DNA from: an uncultured Candidatus Saccharibacteria bacterium
GTDB taxonomy: Bacteria; Patescibacteriota; Doudnabacteria; UBA920
Assembly (NCBI GenBank): GCA_964434195.1
Contig: CAYSUI010000001.1
Location: forward strand, 79,833 to 143,832
Reading direction: 5' to 3'
DNA length: 64,000 nucleotides
Shown here: positions 18,937-30,346 of the stretch, piece after piece
Position numbering within the stretch: the stretch's first letter is position 1
Layout of the letters: every line of letters starts with the position of its first letter
Position numbers and translations under genes: made by a program
Notes under the pieces: model-generated
The model's database searches: none
Seen by the model: only the letters and a program-made list of their open reading frames with translations
What the model was told of the DNA's origin: nothing

Positions 18937-19377
18937 TTAATATGTGACATTGAAAATTCGTCGGGTGGAGCTATAAATATTCCGAATGGCAGATTCGGTA
19001 AATTGGCCGGGACGGGAGAGGAAACGAACGTTTTGTTCTATAGTCTCCCAGTCGTAGCTTGGGAACTTACCCTTACCAAAGCTCACTAAAGCCTCTGCGC
19101 GTTCTTTGTACTCGTTTAGGGCGAGGTCTATGGCGCCCCCTGCGAACAAGAAAGCGATTTCGTTTTCACCGGAAGGAATGGCGTCGATTTCTGCGAAAAA
19201 GGTAATCACTCCGCTGAACTCTTCAGGAGTGAACGACAGAAGGAATGAGGCGTTGGAATCTACTGACCAGAATAGCCCAGACCAGCGCTCTGCCCAGCCT
19301 TTGGGTAACTGGTACGCACGGGCCAAGAGCAAGTCCTGAATCTGAAAGGGGTTATCTATAGCGATAACTTCGCTCAT
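18937..19377 (-). CDS. Hypothetical protein
   Basis: AAGGAG SD; 146-aa ORF. Confidence 0.65.
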   Translation of the reverse strand: MSEVIAIDNPFQIQDLLLARAYQLPKGWAERWSGLFWSVDSNASFLLSFTPEEFSGVITFFAEIDAIPSGENEIAFLFAGGAIDLALNEYKERAEALVSFGKGKFPSYDWETIEQNVRFLSRPGQFTESAIRNIYSSTRRIFNVTY

Positions 19378-19466
19378 TTTGTTTCTCCTTTTGCTATGAT
19401 ACAGTTGGGGTTGGAAAGATTTGATACTATAATATAAAATAAGCTTTTTGGCAATACTTTAACCAA

Positions 19467-20348
19467 ATGACATTAGAATTTTTTAAGAAAACATGGGATT
19501 TTGAATTACTCGACTCTGGGGAAGGTTTTAGACTTGAGCGGTTTGGTGGAGTTAAACTAAAAAGACCAGACCCACAGGTGATCTGGAAGAAGTCTTTACC
19601 TGAAATGGATTGGAAAAGTGTAGATGCCGAATTTATTACGAGATGGGATATTAAGAATAAAGAAATTTTTAAGAAGCCTTGGGTGGTTAAGTGGCAAGAT
19701 ACGAAATTCTTACTTAAGTTGTCCCCTTTTAAACATACTGGCTTATTTGCGGAACAGGCTGGAAATTGGGAGTGGCTGGAACACCAAGTTAAAAGTTTAT
19801 CAAGTTATAAAGTTCATAAAGAAAATACAGGAAAGCCGAAGATACTCAACCTCTTTGGCTACACGGGGGCAGTTACGATGGTTTTAACCCGGCTTGGGTG
19901 TTTTGTTACCCATGTAGATGCTAGTAAGCCTACAATTGGCTGGGCAAAGGAGAATCAGGCGTTAAATAAGCTGCCGGGTGATGCAGTTCGCTGGATACTG
20001 GATGACTGCGTAAAGTTTGTTAAAAGAGAGGTAAAGCGCGGTGCGCTGTACGACGGGATAATTATGGATCCACCTGCATTTGGACATTCCCCTACTGGGG
20101 GTACTTGGAAGTTTAACGAAGACCTTCCGGGGTTGCTTCGAGACTGTGTTAAGTTACTTTCTCCGAATGCTAAATTTTTACTTATAAATGGCTATGCCAC
20201 TAACTCTTCTGGGATCGCGCTTGGGAATATACTTGAAGACGAGACTCGCAACTTGGGTGGGAAGGTAGAATTTGGAGAGCTCTGCTTGAAGGAAACGAAT
20301 AGAGATAGAATGCTTTCTACCGGAATTTTTGCTCGGTGGTCAAAATAA
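19467..20348 (+). CDS. Class I SAM-dependent methyltransferase (RlmI/RlmK-like, SAM_MeTrfase)
   Basis: LLDSGEG.RLERFG, HTGLFAEQ, LNLFGYTG, HVDAS, MDPPAFG motifs. Confidence 0.9.
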   Translation: MTLEFFKKTWDFELLDSGEGFRLERFGGVKLKRPDPQVIWKKSLPEMDWKSVDAEFITRWDIKNKEIFKKPWVVKWQDTKFLLKLSPFKHTGLFAEQAGNWEWLEHQVKSLSSYKVHKENTGKPKILNLFGYTGAVTMVLTRLGCFVTHVDASKPTIGWAKENQALNKLPGDAVRWILDDCVKFVKREVKRGALYDGIIMDPPAFGHSPTGGTWKFNEDLPGLLRDCVKLLSPNAKFLLINGYATNSSGIALGNILEDETRNLGGKVEFGELCLKETNRDRMLSTGIFARWSK

Positions 20349-20349
20349 T

Positions 20350-20876
20350 ATGAGTGATTATAGAGAAAAATTTAGACCTACTCCTGGTACATTGCTCAGA
20401 GAAGAAACCTACAAGGAAATCGCAACTCACTTAGATGACCATCCTGAATATGTTGAATATGCAAGGGGTTCACGGTTTATCATTCCGGGCGAGATAATGG
20501 ACACTTGGATAAACGGTAATATCACCAACGAATCTGTGTACTCATGCGTTCCTTTTTTGCAAGGAACACAGAGACCGGTAAGTCGCAAGGAATCCACTAT
20601 AGCCAGGATCTTTGGAGAGAAACTAATACAGACGATTTTGTTGCGAAACTGAAGGAGTGGGAAGCGGGACCGATAAATATGGCCCTAATTCGAAATAAAC
20701 ATTCCAGATTTGGCGAAAGCAAAGTTACTGACTTGAGTCATCGTTTTAAGGAAAGAGTAGTTGTAATAAACCTGGACCGAGATGAAACTTATCATAGTAT
20801 TTATGTCCCAGAAAAAGAGATAATTGTAGTTCAATTCACTAAACCTAAGATTTTTAGAGTCTATCAAGCATTTTAA
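20350..20876 (+). pseudogene. Hypothetical protein split by a frameshift
   Basis: Overlapping ORFs 20350..20652 and 20544..20876 in different frames. Confidence 0.45.
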
Positions 20877-20962
20877 AAATATCGAAGACCTACCAAATGT
20901 TTTTTTCAAAGTTCTAAAAAGATTATTAAAATGTCAAAAAAAACATGCGTTTTCGCATGATA

Positions 20963-21775
20963 TTATTTTTCCTCTCTAAGTTGCCGTTCGATTTCAGAAG
21001 TTTGGAAAACTACCACTCTGTGGTCACCTCTATTCCCGTACACGTACATGCGCTTGACCATATTCTCGATGATCCAGACGCAAAACGCAATAATGCCGTA
21101 CCGAACACAGCTATACAAAGAGATGTAATGCAGAGTCCCAACGGCTTCCTTAAGTACTCGATGAGTTCTTTGGATGCGTTCTTGGAGGAATTCATACTCT
21201 TTCTGGAGCATTCCTAAAGCAATATCCTTTTCATTAAGAAGTGAAGAAGCTAAGCTCGCCTCCTGCTTTGCCTTAGAAAGCTCACGGCCATAACTCTTCT
21301 CAATCTGCTCTGGAGTAAGATCTTTTTCATCACCCAAGACCTCGACCCCAACATGACCAGCGTAAACCTCCATCAATAGGTTTACTAACTTCTCCTGAGC
21401 GATATGAGCACGCCATAACTTATCTCTTGAGACAAGCACAATGTGCCCGGTATTCTCGACCAGTATTTGCATATCTGAGCCGGGAATAAATTGCTCTTTC
21501 AGCCTGACAGGCTGACTGAGGTTATTACGGATAGGGATCAAGAAAGAACTCTCGTAATGTGGAAGTTTTCTACACGCTGAGTCCTGTGTAGTCACAAGCA
21601 ATAATTCAAGAGGCCGGGCCTCTGAAAGAATCATATGTGTTGATTCACCGCTTGTTATGAATGGGAGAGTTGAACCTAATACAACTAACCTACTCAAGGT
21701 AGCTGGGTAGTAGATAGTCGCGAATTTCCCTGACTCAGCATTTGCATAGACAGAAATCTCACCGTTTCGAATCAT
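20963..21775 (-). CDS. Hypothetical protein with a coiled coil
   Basis: AGGAG SD; 270-aa ORF. Confidence 0.65.
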   Translation of the reverse strand: MIRNGEISVYANAESGKFATIYYPATLSRLVVLGSTLPFITSGESTHMILSEARPLELLLVTTQDSACRKLPHYESSFLIPIRNNLSQPVRLKEQFIPGSDMQILVENTGHIVLVSRDKLWRAHIAQEKLVNLLMEVYAGHVGVEVLGDEKDLTPEQIEKSYGRELSKAKQEASLASSLLNEKDIALGMLQKEYEFLQERIQRTHRVLKEAVGTLHYISLYSCVRYGIIAFCVWIIENMVKRMYVYGNRGDHRVVVFQTSEIERQLREEK

Positions 21776-21908
21776 GTTTAACTCCTATTTCAGATTTGGT
21801 AGATAGCCCGAGTCATAAACCCGAACCCACTTGGACATGGTCCAATACCAGTTCACAGAATGAACTAGAGATTATACATAAAAAAGAGATTTTGGTCAAT
21901 AAGAAAAA

Positions 21909-22460
21909 TTATAATTCTCCATGATCCGAAATCTGCCGGCCTAGGATTATCAGATAGACTATTGGCAGGGTTAGCCAGACGAAGTTGGCTATTTGACCTA
22001 TAAACAAATAACTTATGAGCTGCGACAGCCTTCCTTGTGCTTCTATTGGGAGCAAGGTCAGAACAATGTTTATGAGTAAACCTATCTGGAAGAAGGCGAA
22101 AATTAACGTAAATATGAAACCTGAGACGTGTTTTCTATCCACCGTGGTCTTGAAGGCGTAGCGGGAAAGAAACAGGAACAGAAGCATAAAAAGAGCGGCG
22201 AAAGCAAGAAGATTCTCATAACCAACCAATGGACCCTTGAGGTGCTTTGCTAATTCCTGAGTCAGGAAAGGCGCTTCTAGAACCAAGAGTTTACTTATAT
22301 AGATACTAATAAGTATAGAAAGTACTCGACCTCGGCCTGCGGCAAATGCGTATAGCACACTTGCTACCCCCCAAAAAAGAAAAATAAAAAGGTCCCAACT
22401 TGGACTATGCCAGTTGAATTGTTTTATTAATGTTTCAATTTTATCTGCTTGGTCTCTCAT
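21909..22460 (-). CDS. Multi-pass membrane protein (CvpA-like topology)
   Basis: About 5 hydrophobic helices. Confidence 0.75.
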   Translation of the reverse strand: MRDQADKIETLIKQFNWHSPSWDLFIFLFWGVASVLYAFAAGRGRVLSILISIYISKLLVLEAPFLTQELAKHLKGPLVGYENLLAFAALFMLLFLFLSRYAFKTTVDRKHVSGFIFTLIFAFFQIGLLINIVLTLLPIEAQGRLSQLISYLFIGQIANFVWLTLPIVYLIILGRQISDHGEL

Positions 22461-22623
22461 TTATGGTAGTATGACGGTATGATATTTTCTGCTGATTACT
22501 CCGAAACTGCCAAAGAAGCGCGTACTCATCAAAAAATATCATACACTCAAACTCTATAACTTAATTATAGCACCGTAGAATTATTATGGGTTGGATTGGC
22601 TGGTTTGAGGGTAGGTGGGGCGG

Positions 22624-23601
22624 TTACTTGGGGCGGTATTTGTGGATGTAGAGCTGACCAATTAGGTCACCCGAAGTAATATATTCACCCTTTTCACTTA
22701 ATTGTTTTACTGGTGCTGCTGTGAAAGCTGCAGCTGAAAGAGCCGGGACTTTAAATGTAAATTCGGTTAACTTGTTTCTGTCGTTATATTTTTCACTAGT
22801 ACTAACCTCAAAGTATTTGTTCAAAGAATTATTTTGTTTGTTTTTGTATAAGACCCAAGTATGAGAAGCATAATTTTGTTGTATAGAATGAACGTCCGAC
22901 TTATCTATTAGATAAAAATTATTCGATTTATCCCAAAACATTCCGTAAATTGTATCAGAATCCAGCTTATCGTAACCTGGGAAGAATAAGTATTTATCTG
23001 AATCATTGGAATAAGTCTTAACAAGAGCAGCATTTACAATAAAACTAAGATTATCTACTGTGATTTCTGCAGTACCAACACTAACATATTTGGTATACTC
23101 TGGAGTATTTTTTACAATAAAATCACCTTCAAGATTTTTTACTTTTACTTTTACTGAATTATTTCTTATTTTATACTCTATCTCCAATGCTTCCTTTGAA
23201 GAAAAGTCACTTGCTGGAATTACAGTATAACTTTCAACAAATTTATTAGGAATTACCTGTTTTTTGGGATTCAGGGTTTCAGCGTAATCATTCTCAGAAA
23301 TATTTTGATAGTCGTATTTGTTGAAATAATAATGTATAAAATTTTGACCTTCTTGTATCCGATTCAAACTGACACTTGAATAAAACAAGTCCCCTTTTGA
23401 ATCTTGACCCATAAGCAGAAGCTCATCTGAGAAGAAAGCCTTATGATTGTTTTGGATACCGTCACCGATGGGTGGCTGTTGCTTAAAGAATTTTAAACCG
23501 TAAAAAGCGGTTAATATAGAACCTAAAAGAAAACCAATAGCCAAGAAACTCATGGTTTTGCCTGAAATAAGTTTTGAAGCCGCTGATTTTGATTGATCCA
23601 T
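22624..23601 (-). CDS. Membrane-anchored extracellular protein
   Basis: 325-aa ORF with an N-terminal TM; starts 1 bp after the PEP-utilizer gene. Confidence 0.75.
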   Translation of the reverse strand: MDQSKSAASKLISGKTMSFLAIGFLLGSILTAFYGLKFFKQQPPIGDGIQNNHKAFFSDELLLMGQDSKGDLFYSSVSLNRIQEGQNFIHYYFNKYDYQNISENDYAETLNPKKQVIPNKFVESYTVIPASDFSSKEALEIEYKIRNNSVKVKVKNLEGDFIVKNTPEYTKYVSVGTAEITVDNLSFIVNAALVKTYSNDSDKYLFFPGYDKLDSDTIYGMFWDKSNNFYLIDKSDVHSIQQNYASHTWVLYKNKQNNSLNKYFEVSTSEKYNDRNKLTEFTFKVPALSAAAFTAAPVKQLSEKGEYITSGDLIGQLYIHKYRPK

Positions 23602-23602
23602 A

Positions 23603-25738
23603 TTAATTTAAAAATTCCACAGTACCCAAAGTACCGTCTATTCTAGCCTCGGAACCCACGGGAACGTTTCCGCCTAAATCTGCTATTACTACCGGAATCC
23701 CGTACTCGCGTGCAAGTATGGCCGCATGAGAAAGTTCTCCACCTACACTGGCTATTAACCCTTTAATTTTACCAAAAACGAAGACTAAGTTTGGGTCTAA
23801 ACTATTATTCCATAGAATATCGATCTGCTTTCCTTGTGCAACGCCTTCAAGTGTTCCTACCTTACCGAAAGCAACCCCACTGCTTATACCTATTCCTTTG
23901 TACACCTTCTCTGACTTTGTTGGTTTTTGAGATTCTAGTAATTGCTCCCAATTTTTTAACTCCAGGTTAGGACCTAAATTTAGTAACTTTAGATGTTGAA
24001 ATCGACTTTTTTCTTGCATAAGAGTCGAAACATTTAATTTCTCACCCTTCACACAATCGTCTATTTTCGAATACCAAATTGAATTATATAGTCTTTGTTC
24101 TGAATCTATAGTTAAGAGTAATGACCGTAATCGACTAAAATCTTTTACCCAAACATCATGAACTAACTCTCTAAGTTTAGTATATGTATCATAAAGACTA
24201 AAAAAAGAACTTAATATTTGCTGGTCCATAACACTCTGATACTTATCTATAAACTCTTCTCTCATTTTTTTGGAATCATCTATTGCCCAAACAGGCGCAT
24301 TTTTTCTACTTAGCATTTCGAAAAGCATTTTTGGGTTTTCACTAAACCTTGGATTAGCAAGCTCCATTTCTTCCAGAGCCCTGTGACCAAATTTCTTCAA
24401 AAGATACTCCTGGTTGGCAGGAGAAGTACCAGGAATAATAGCTATTTCATGAACAACACCTGACTTAAGTACCTTCTCTATATCTTCTGGGCTTAAGTGT
24501 TGCTCTAACTTCTTTTGCAAGAACTCTCTTGAGTATTGTTGGTACATAGAAATTTCCAATACCCAAGGGGTGGTTGTGTAAATTAGCCTTTCCATGACCA
24601 GACTCAATCTTTCAGATGTACTAAGAGATTCATCAAGGATAAATGGCTTAATAGCTTCTTTCTGAATCTTCCTCCAAAAGAAAAGGAATCTATATTGTAA
24701 AACCAATTGTACAAAAAAAGTTCTAGGATTGAGCCATCCTGATTTTCCAAAAAAATATTTAGTCAGTATATCTTCGAATCCCTTATTTAAATATAGCCTT
24801 CCACCTACATAAACCAAGTACTGATTATTTACAAGAACTGACCGTAGTCCAAACTTTTTCAAAACCTTACCCAAAGAACCTTCTCTTGCAAAGATTTTCT
24901 CGAATACCGAGGCGGTCATAGGTGTTGCCGTAACCATACCGTCTGCAAACTGATTTTGCTTTAATATAGGAGGCGTGGGAAAAATTACCTTTAACCTGTT
25001 TATCTCCTCTTGAATCACAGCTTTTGCAGAAGAAAATCTCTCGGTTATCGGCCTTGCTTGCACTAAATATATATTAGTCCCATCCCATACCCACTCAACA
25101 TCTTGTGGTTGACCAAATGTTTTCTCTATTTTAGGAATAATTTCTACAACTTTTTGCACTACAGCTACCGGCATATCTTTGAGACTGGCTGATTTAACTT
25201 CTGTAGTTGTCTTATCTAAGACTAAACGACTTACAGCTTCACCCCCACTTACTACCCCGTAATCTTTTGTACTTGCTTCTAATACAATTACCTTCCCTGA
25301 ATCAGTTGTTTTGCTAGTAAACAACACCCCTGCCCAAATTGGTTTTTTCCATTCCTGAATGATTACACGAAGACTAAAATTACTCGGATCTATGTTATAA
25401 TGCCTTAAATACTCTAAAACTCTTTGACTATCTTTAAGAGCAAATATCTTTTTTACATGAGCCAGTAACTCTTCCTTTGTATTAATTGGACTAAAGGATT
25501 CCAAAACCCCGGCGAAACTTAACACTTCGGAATCTTCCATATTTGCAGAACTTCTAACTATGAGTGGAGGCTTGAGCTGATTAAATACAAACTCTATAGA
25601 TTCAGCACTTACTGACATACAAACAAAACCTTTAGGAACATTAAAATCCCCAGAGATGAGCTGGTACAAATTAAAAGCTTTTCCTCCAACAACCTCTCTC
25701 GGTCTGGCAAAGCTTAGTGGTAAAACTTCCAATTTCAT
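23603..25738 (-). CDS. PEP/pyruvate-binding plus PEP-utilizer mobile-domain protein (rifampicin-phosphotransferase-like architecture)
   Basis: GGKA..L, VRSSA..ED..SFAG, QDVEW..VQARPIT, FGHR..EMEL..PRF.E, GGELSHAAILAREYGIP. Confidence 0.85.
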   Translation of the reverse strand: MKLEVLPLSFARPREVVGGKAFNLYQLISGDFNVPKGFVCMSVSAESIEFVFNQLKPPLIVRSSANMEDSEVLSFAGVLESFSPINTKEELLAHVKKIFALKDSQRVLEYLRHYNIDPSNFSLRVIIQEWKKPIWAGVLFTSKTTDSGKVIVLEASTKDYGVVSGGEAVSRLVLDKTTTEVKSASLKDMPVAVVQKVVEIIPKIEKTFGQPQDVEWVWDGTNIYLVQARPITERFSSAKAVIQEEINRLKVIFPTPPILKQNQFADGMVTATPMTASVFEKIFAREGSLGKVLKKFGLRSVLVNNQYLVYVGGRLYLNKGFEDILTKYFFGKSGWLNPRTFFVQLVLQYRFLFFWRKIQKEAIKPFILDESLSTSERLSLVMERLIYTTTPWVLEISMYQQYSREFLQKKLEQHLSPEDIEKVLKSGVVHEIAIIPGTSPANQEYLLKKFGHRALEEMELANPRFSENPKMLFEMLSRKNAPVWAIDDSKKMREEFIDKYQSVMDQQILSSFFSLYDTYTKLRELVHDVWVKDFSRLRSLLLTIDSEQRLYNSIWYSKIDDCVKGEKLNVSTLMQEKSRFQHLKLLNLGPNLELKNWEQLLESQKPTKSEKVYKGIGISSGVAFGKVGTLEGVAQGKQIDILWNNSLDPNLVFVFGKIKGLIASVGGELSHAAILAREYGIPVVIADLGGNVPVGSEARIDGTLGTVEFLN

Positions 25739-26210
25739 AACTAGCTTAAGTATAGCAAGTGGTTTAATTTTTATTGGAATCACTACTCCATTGGCAGCAA
25801 ACGCGATAATAGTACTACCAGTTGCGGTACCTGCTATAACTGGGGGAATTTTTACTTTACTTTTACTTGTAGCTATACCTACTACTTTTTCTGGACTGCT
25901 TTTCCGATTTTTAGGAATAAAAAAAGGCGCAAGTGAAGTTTTTTTAAAAGTGCTTAGTATTTTGTTTTACCACATTATTTTATTTACTATTTTTTTCGTA
26001 TTTGAAAGGTTTACACCAAGAATAATAAGAGTCACGCCCATTTTTACTCTTTGGATAATTTCCGCCATTACTGCTTGGGCATTTTTAGCACCTCAAATAA
26101 TGCATGTGTTTTATAAATTACGTGGAAGAGAAACATTCGAACCAAATTTTTATCAAGGGTTCAGATACTTACTGTGGAATTTATTTTTTTACTTTTTCTT
26201 ACAACTTTAA
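25656..26210 (+). CDS. Putative membrane protein; start uncertain
   Basis: Four hydrophobic segments; tracked start overlaps the PEP-utilizer gene head-to-head. Confidence 0.45.
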   Translation: MSWYKLKAFPPTTSLGLAKLSGKTSNFITSLSIASGLIFIGITTPLAANAIIVLPVAVPAITGGIFTLLLLVAIPTTFSGLLFRFLGIKKGASEVFLKVLSILFYHIILFTIFFVFERFTPRIIRVTPIFTLWIISAITAWAFLAPQIMHVFYKLRGRETFEPNFYQGFRYLLWNLFFYFFLQL

Positions 26211-26278
26211 TTAACAAACCCCAATACTGGTAAAATAAGAGCATTCATGGCAATATTATTCAATTAGGAGGAACATGA

Positions 26279-26608
26279 ATGAACGAAAGTAAAGAATACG
26301 TTGTCAGTCTCTACTGTGACTGTCGAGAAGACCTACCTATGATCGACAGACAAGCAAGGCTCAAATTTGCCTCTGTTCAGTCCAGGATTGAAACTACTCT
26401 CATTAAAGAAATGTTTCGTAAGGCTTTTGCTGTACATCTCGCATTTGGAGAGTACAATATTTTGGAAGAGATTGCTGGAACAATTGCGGTTCCGGCTTAT
26501 CTACGAATAGAATGCTCAGAAAGAGTGGCAGATATAATGCAACGCTATTACCCGCTAACCTTTTATGCAACCCAAGAAGATCGTGTAGATTTTCTACCTT
26601 TGAAATAG
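26279..26608 (+). CDS. Hypothetical protein
   Basis: AGGAGG SD; 109 aa. Confidence 0.6.
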   Translation: MNESKEYVVSLYCDCREDLPMIDRQARLKFASVQSRIETTLIKEMFRKAFAVHLAFGEYNILEEIAGTIAVPAYLRIECSERVADIMQRYYPLTFYATQEDRVDFLPLK

Positions 26609-26627
26609 TGGCTTAATTTAAAAAGAC

Positions 26628-27779
26628 TCAACTAAATGAGTCTTTTATTTTTTCCCAAAGTGAGTCACTTACTTCTACGGATTCACCCCTAAGCTTTGCT
26701 AATTGCTCTAAGAGCTCTTGTTCCTGCTTGGTAAGCTTGATTGGAGTTACCACCCTTGCTGTAAGCATAAGATCCCCTTTTCTGTTGGAATTAATATGGG
26801 GTATTCCTTTACCAGAGAGTTTAAAAACTGTACCAGACTGTGTACCTGCAGGGATTTTTAACTCAATATTACCCTCTAATGTTTTTACTTTAATCTTGGC
26901 TCCCAAAGAAGCTTCCGTAAAACTTACAGGAACATCTTTATGAAGATTAAAACCATCTCTTGTGTATTCCTTACTGGACTGAACCCTTACTGAAATATAC
27001 AAATCCCCAGGTTCTGTACCCCTGTACCCCACTTCTCCCTCATGCTCTATTCTAACTCTTTGACCGTTGTCTATGCCGGCTGGAATTTTTACAGAAAGTT
27101 TTTTTACACGTCTTAAAATCCCACTTCCGCTACAGACACTACATGGAGTCTCTGGGATCTTACCCTCACCATCGCACTTCTCACACGTTTGCGCAGAATT
27201 TATGTTTCCGAATATAGTACGTCTTTGTGTAACCACCTGACCCTTACCTCTACAAACTGTACAAGTAATTATTTTACTTCCAGGGGCAGCACCTTTACCA
27301 TCGCAAACATTACATGCATCCTGTTTTTCTATGGTAATTTCTTTTTCTACTCCAAATACTGACTCCTCGAATGAAATACTGATACCTACCTCTAAATCTA
27401 TACCTCTTTTTCTAGCCTGCCTCTGTTCTCGAGTACCGAAGATATCGCCGAAGATATCCCCGAAATCGAACTCGAACCCTTGAGAACCACCAAAACCACT
27501 AAAATCGAAGCCGCCATTACCTCCAAATGGATTTCCACCACCAAAACCACCACCGTTTCTAGCAGCTTGGTCAAAAGTCTGCCCATACTGATCGTATTGT
27601 TGTCTCTTACTAGAGTCACTCAATACCTGGTAGGCTTCGTTTACTTCCTTAAACTTTTCCGCATCTCCACCGCTTTTATCTGGGTGATATTGATGAGCTA
27701 ATTTACGATACGCTTTTTTTATTTCGTCTTGAGAAGCGGATTTATTTATTCCTAGAATGTCATAGAAATTTTTTGCCAT
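26628..27779 (-). CDS. dnaJ: Chaperone DnaJ
   Basis: J domain HPD, G/F region, four CxxCxGxG repeats. Confidence 0.98.
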   Translation of the reverse strand: MAKNFYDILGINKSASQDEIKKAYRKLAHQYHPDKSGGDAEKFKEVNEAYQVLSDSSKRQQYDQYGQTFDQAARNGGGFGGGNPFGGNGGFDFSGFGGSQGFEFDFGDIFGDIFGTREQRQARKRGIDLEVGISISFEESVFGVEKEITIEKQDACNVCDGKGAAPGSKIITCTVCRGKGQVVTQRRTIFGNINSAQTCEKCDGEGKIPETPCSVCSGSGILRRVKKLSVKIPAGIDNGQRVRIEHEGEVGYRGTEPGDLYISVRVQSSKEYTRDGFNLHKDVPVSFTEASLGAKIKVKTLEGNIELKIPAGTQSGTVFKLSGKGIPHINSNRKGDLMLTARVVTPIKLTKQEQELLEQLAKLRGESVEVSDSLWEKIKDSFS

Positions 27780-27781
27780 AC

Positions 27782-28093
27782 TTATTCAGTTTGAAATCCT
27801 ATACGATTCGCAGGTGCGTTAGTGTCCTGAATTTTACCGAACTGTTCTTCGAAACGTTTAATGTTTTCGGCTAGTGCGGAAACTAATCTTTTGGCGTGAC
27901 CGGGGGAAATAATTACTCTTGAGGTAACTATTCCACTACCACCTAGTAAATTCATAAAATCAATTACGAACTCTTCCTGTGTGTGGCCGATTTGCGCCAT
28001 GTTTGAGAAAACACCCTTTAAAACTTCGTCTGTAATTTTTACTTGAATTTGCTGGCCATTTTGCTGACCAGGATTTGATTGCGCGTTATCCAT
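27782..28093 (-). CDS. DUF3467-like protein
   Basis: G.FSN..H..EEF.IDF..SRVI.SP.HAKRL..L.EN..FE..FG.I pattern. Confidence 0.8.
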   Translation of the reverse strand: MDNAQSNPGQQNGQQIQVKITDEVLKGVFSNMAQIGHTQEEFVIDFMNLLGGSGIVTSRVIISPGHAKRLVSALAENIKRFEEQFGKIQDTNAPANRIGFQTE

Positions 28094-28180
28094 ATTCGTT
28101 GACTTTATTTAGTATTTATGATAAATTTTGATTTTGTAATTGCCCTTAACTATTGGTGTCGGAAAATTTAACGGAGGGTT

Positions 28181-28444
28181 ATGGACGAGAGAGCTATACT
28201 CTTTCTGGTGGGTTTCGCTTTGCTATGTTTCTCAGAAAAATTAGCTTTTTATCTCGATAAGTTATATTCAAGTTATCGAGACGGGAAATTTACTAATGTG
28301 GTTAAACTTTGGTTGCAATTTACCGGAGACTTAATTTTGGGATTAGTTGCCTGGACAATCCTGGTTTTAATTTTGTTACCAGAGTTTTTTTTCAGATTCT
28401 TTGAAAAGAAAACCAAGAATACATCACAACCGGAAGAGGGTTAA
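28181..28444 (+). CDS. Small membrane protein (orphan, antisense within the dnaK operon)
   Basis: GGAGGG SD; two TM segments; hairpin terminator at 28429-28455. Confidence 0.6.
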   Translation: MDERAILFLVGFALLCFSEKLAFYLDKLYSSYRDGKFTNVVKLWLQFTGDLILGLVAWTILVLILLPEFFFRFFEKKTKNTSQPEEG

Positions 28445-28461
28445 CCTCTTCCGGTCTTTTT

Positions 28462-30345
28462 TTACTCTTTTGGAACCTCTTTGTATTCTGCGTCTACAGG
28501 ACCTTGGTCTTTACCGGTTGAGCTATCGTCTTTATTAGCACTAGATGCGTCTGCACCACCCGTTTGAGAATTTGAATCTTGTTGATACATACTTGCCCCA
28601 ACTTTCTGAATCGCTTCGCTGAGTTCATCCATTGCTTTTTTTATAGCATCAATGTCTTCTTTGTCTTTTACTTCTTTCAAAGCTTTAATTTTTTCTTCTA
28701 CGAGAGCCTTGTCTTCTGGCTTTGCTTTATCGCCCGCATCTTTAAGAGTTTTTTCAGAAACACCTAAAAGCGTATCGGCGTGATTTCTAGTATCTACAGT
28801 TTCTTTGCGCTTTCTATCCTCCTCAGCAAACTGCTCTGCTTCTTTGCGCATTCTCTCCACTTCATCTTTATTCAAGTTACTGGAACCTTGAATAGTAATG
28901 TTTTGCTCTTTATTTGTTGCTTTATCTTTAGCACTGACTTTTAGAATACCGTTAGCATCTATATCAAAAGTAACTTCAACTTGAGGAATACCTCTTGGGG
29001 CTGGTGGGATACCATCCAAAATAAATCTACCTAAAGACTTATTGTCTTTTGCGAACTCTCTTTCACCCTGAAGCACATGAATTTCTACAGAAGTCTGGTT
29101 ATCTGCTGCTGTGGAAAATACCTGACTCTTACTGGTTGGAATGGTTGTGTTTCTGTCTATAATTGGAGTCCTTACGCCACCAAGAGTTTCAAGTCCGAGT
29201 GTAAGTGGGGTGACATCGAGAAGCAATATCTCTTTACCTTGCACATCACCACCAAGAACACCTGCTTGTACAGCAGCGCCTTTAGCAACAGCTTCCATAG
29301 GATCTACACCATGCTCTACTTGCTTGCCTACATAGTCTTCTACGAACTTTTGAACAGAAGGCATACGAGTAGGACCACCGATAAGAATAATCTTGTGAAT
29401 CTGTTGTGGGGTAAGCTTTGCGTCTGTAATAGCTTGCTCAACTGGTTTACGCATTCTCTCTATAATTGGCTTAACCAAGTCTTCTAACTTTGCTCGAGTA
29501 ATCTTCATTTGCATATGCTTTGGACCACTAGCATCCGCGGTTATGAAAGGAAGGTTAACCTCTGTTTCTAAAGTTGTAGAAAGTTCTATTTTAGCTTTTT
29601 CTGCCGCTTCTTTAACACGATTCATAGCCATCTTATCCGTAGTGATATCTATACCACCGTTTTCCGCTTTGAAAGTAGATGTAATAAAGTTTATTAAAGC
29701 TTCATCCATATCTCTTCCACCGAGCTTAGTGTCTCCACTTGTAGACATAACTTCGAAGGTCGCCTGACCATCGTGCTCACCGAAGTCCATAATAGTTACA
29801 TCGAGCGTTCCCCCACCAAGGTCAAAAACTAAAATTTTCTGATCCTGTGTACCGGTTTTGTCTATACCATAAGCAAATGCCGCTGCGGTTGGTTCGTTGA
29901 TAACACGAACTACTTCTAAACCGGCTATTTCACCTGCATTTTTCGTTGCTTGCCTTTGAGCATCATCAAAGTAAGCGGGTACGGTGATAACAGCTTTTTC
30001 TACTTTGTCGCCCAAGAAACTCTCGGCATCTTTTTTAATTTTCTGAAGAATAAATGCGCTAATCTGTTCTGGACTATACTCTTTTCCGTTAACATTGTAA
30101 CGAAAATTTGTACCCATTTTACGCTTAGCTTCAAAAATGGTTCCTTCGGGGTTTGTAACTGACTGTCTTCTTGCTGGCTCACCTACTAACAACTGCCCAT
30201 CTTTAGTAAAAGCTACATATGATGGGAAAGCCTTACCACCAAGAGAAGTCCCTTCTGCTGCCGGAATAATTACCGGCTTGCCGTCCTGAATAACAGAAGC
30301 AGCTGAGTTTGATGTTCCTAAATCTATTCCAATAATTTTTGGCAT
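28462..30345 (-). CDS. dnaK: Chaperone DnaK
   Basis: [34 protein letters not shown]. Confidence 0.99.
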   Translation of the reverse strand: MPKIIGIDLGTSNSAASVIQDGKPVIIPAAEGTSLGGKAFPSYVAFTKDGQLLVGEPARRQSVTNPEGTIFEAKRKMGTNFRYNVNGKEYSPEQISAFILQKIKKDAESFLGDKVEKAVITVPAYFDDAQRQATKNAGEIAGLEVVRVINEPTAAAFAYGIDKTGTQDQKILVFDLGGGTLDVTIMDFGEHDGQATFEVMSTSGDTKLGGRDMDEALINFITSTFKAENGGIDITTDKMAMNRVKEAAEKAKIELSTTLETEVNLPFITADASGPKHMQMKITRAKLEDLVKPIIERMRKPVEQAITDAKLTPQQIHKIILIGGPTRMPSVQKFVEDYVGKQVEHGVDPMEAVAKGAAVQAGVLGGDVQGKEILLLDVTPLTLGLETLGGVRTPIIDRNTTIPTSKSQVFSTAADNQTSVEIHVLQGEREFAKDNKSLGRFILDGIPPAPRGIPQVEVTFDIDANGILKVSAKDKATNKEQNITIQGSSNLNKDEVERMRKEAEQFAEEDRKRKETVDTRNHADTLLGVSEKTLKDAGDKAKPEDKALVEEKIKALKEVKDKEDIDAIKKAMDELSEAIQKVGASMYQQDSNSQTGGADASSANKDDSSTGKDQGPVDAEYKEVPKE

Positions 30346-30346
30346 G

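Noticed and set aside
22490-22540. Hammerhead ribozyme (UGAUGA...GAAA on the minus strand)
   Set aside because: The core C of CUGAUGA is missing and stems II/III cannot be formed convincingly.
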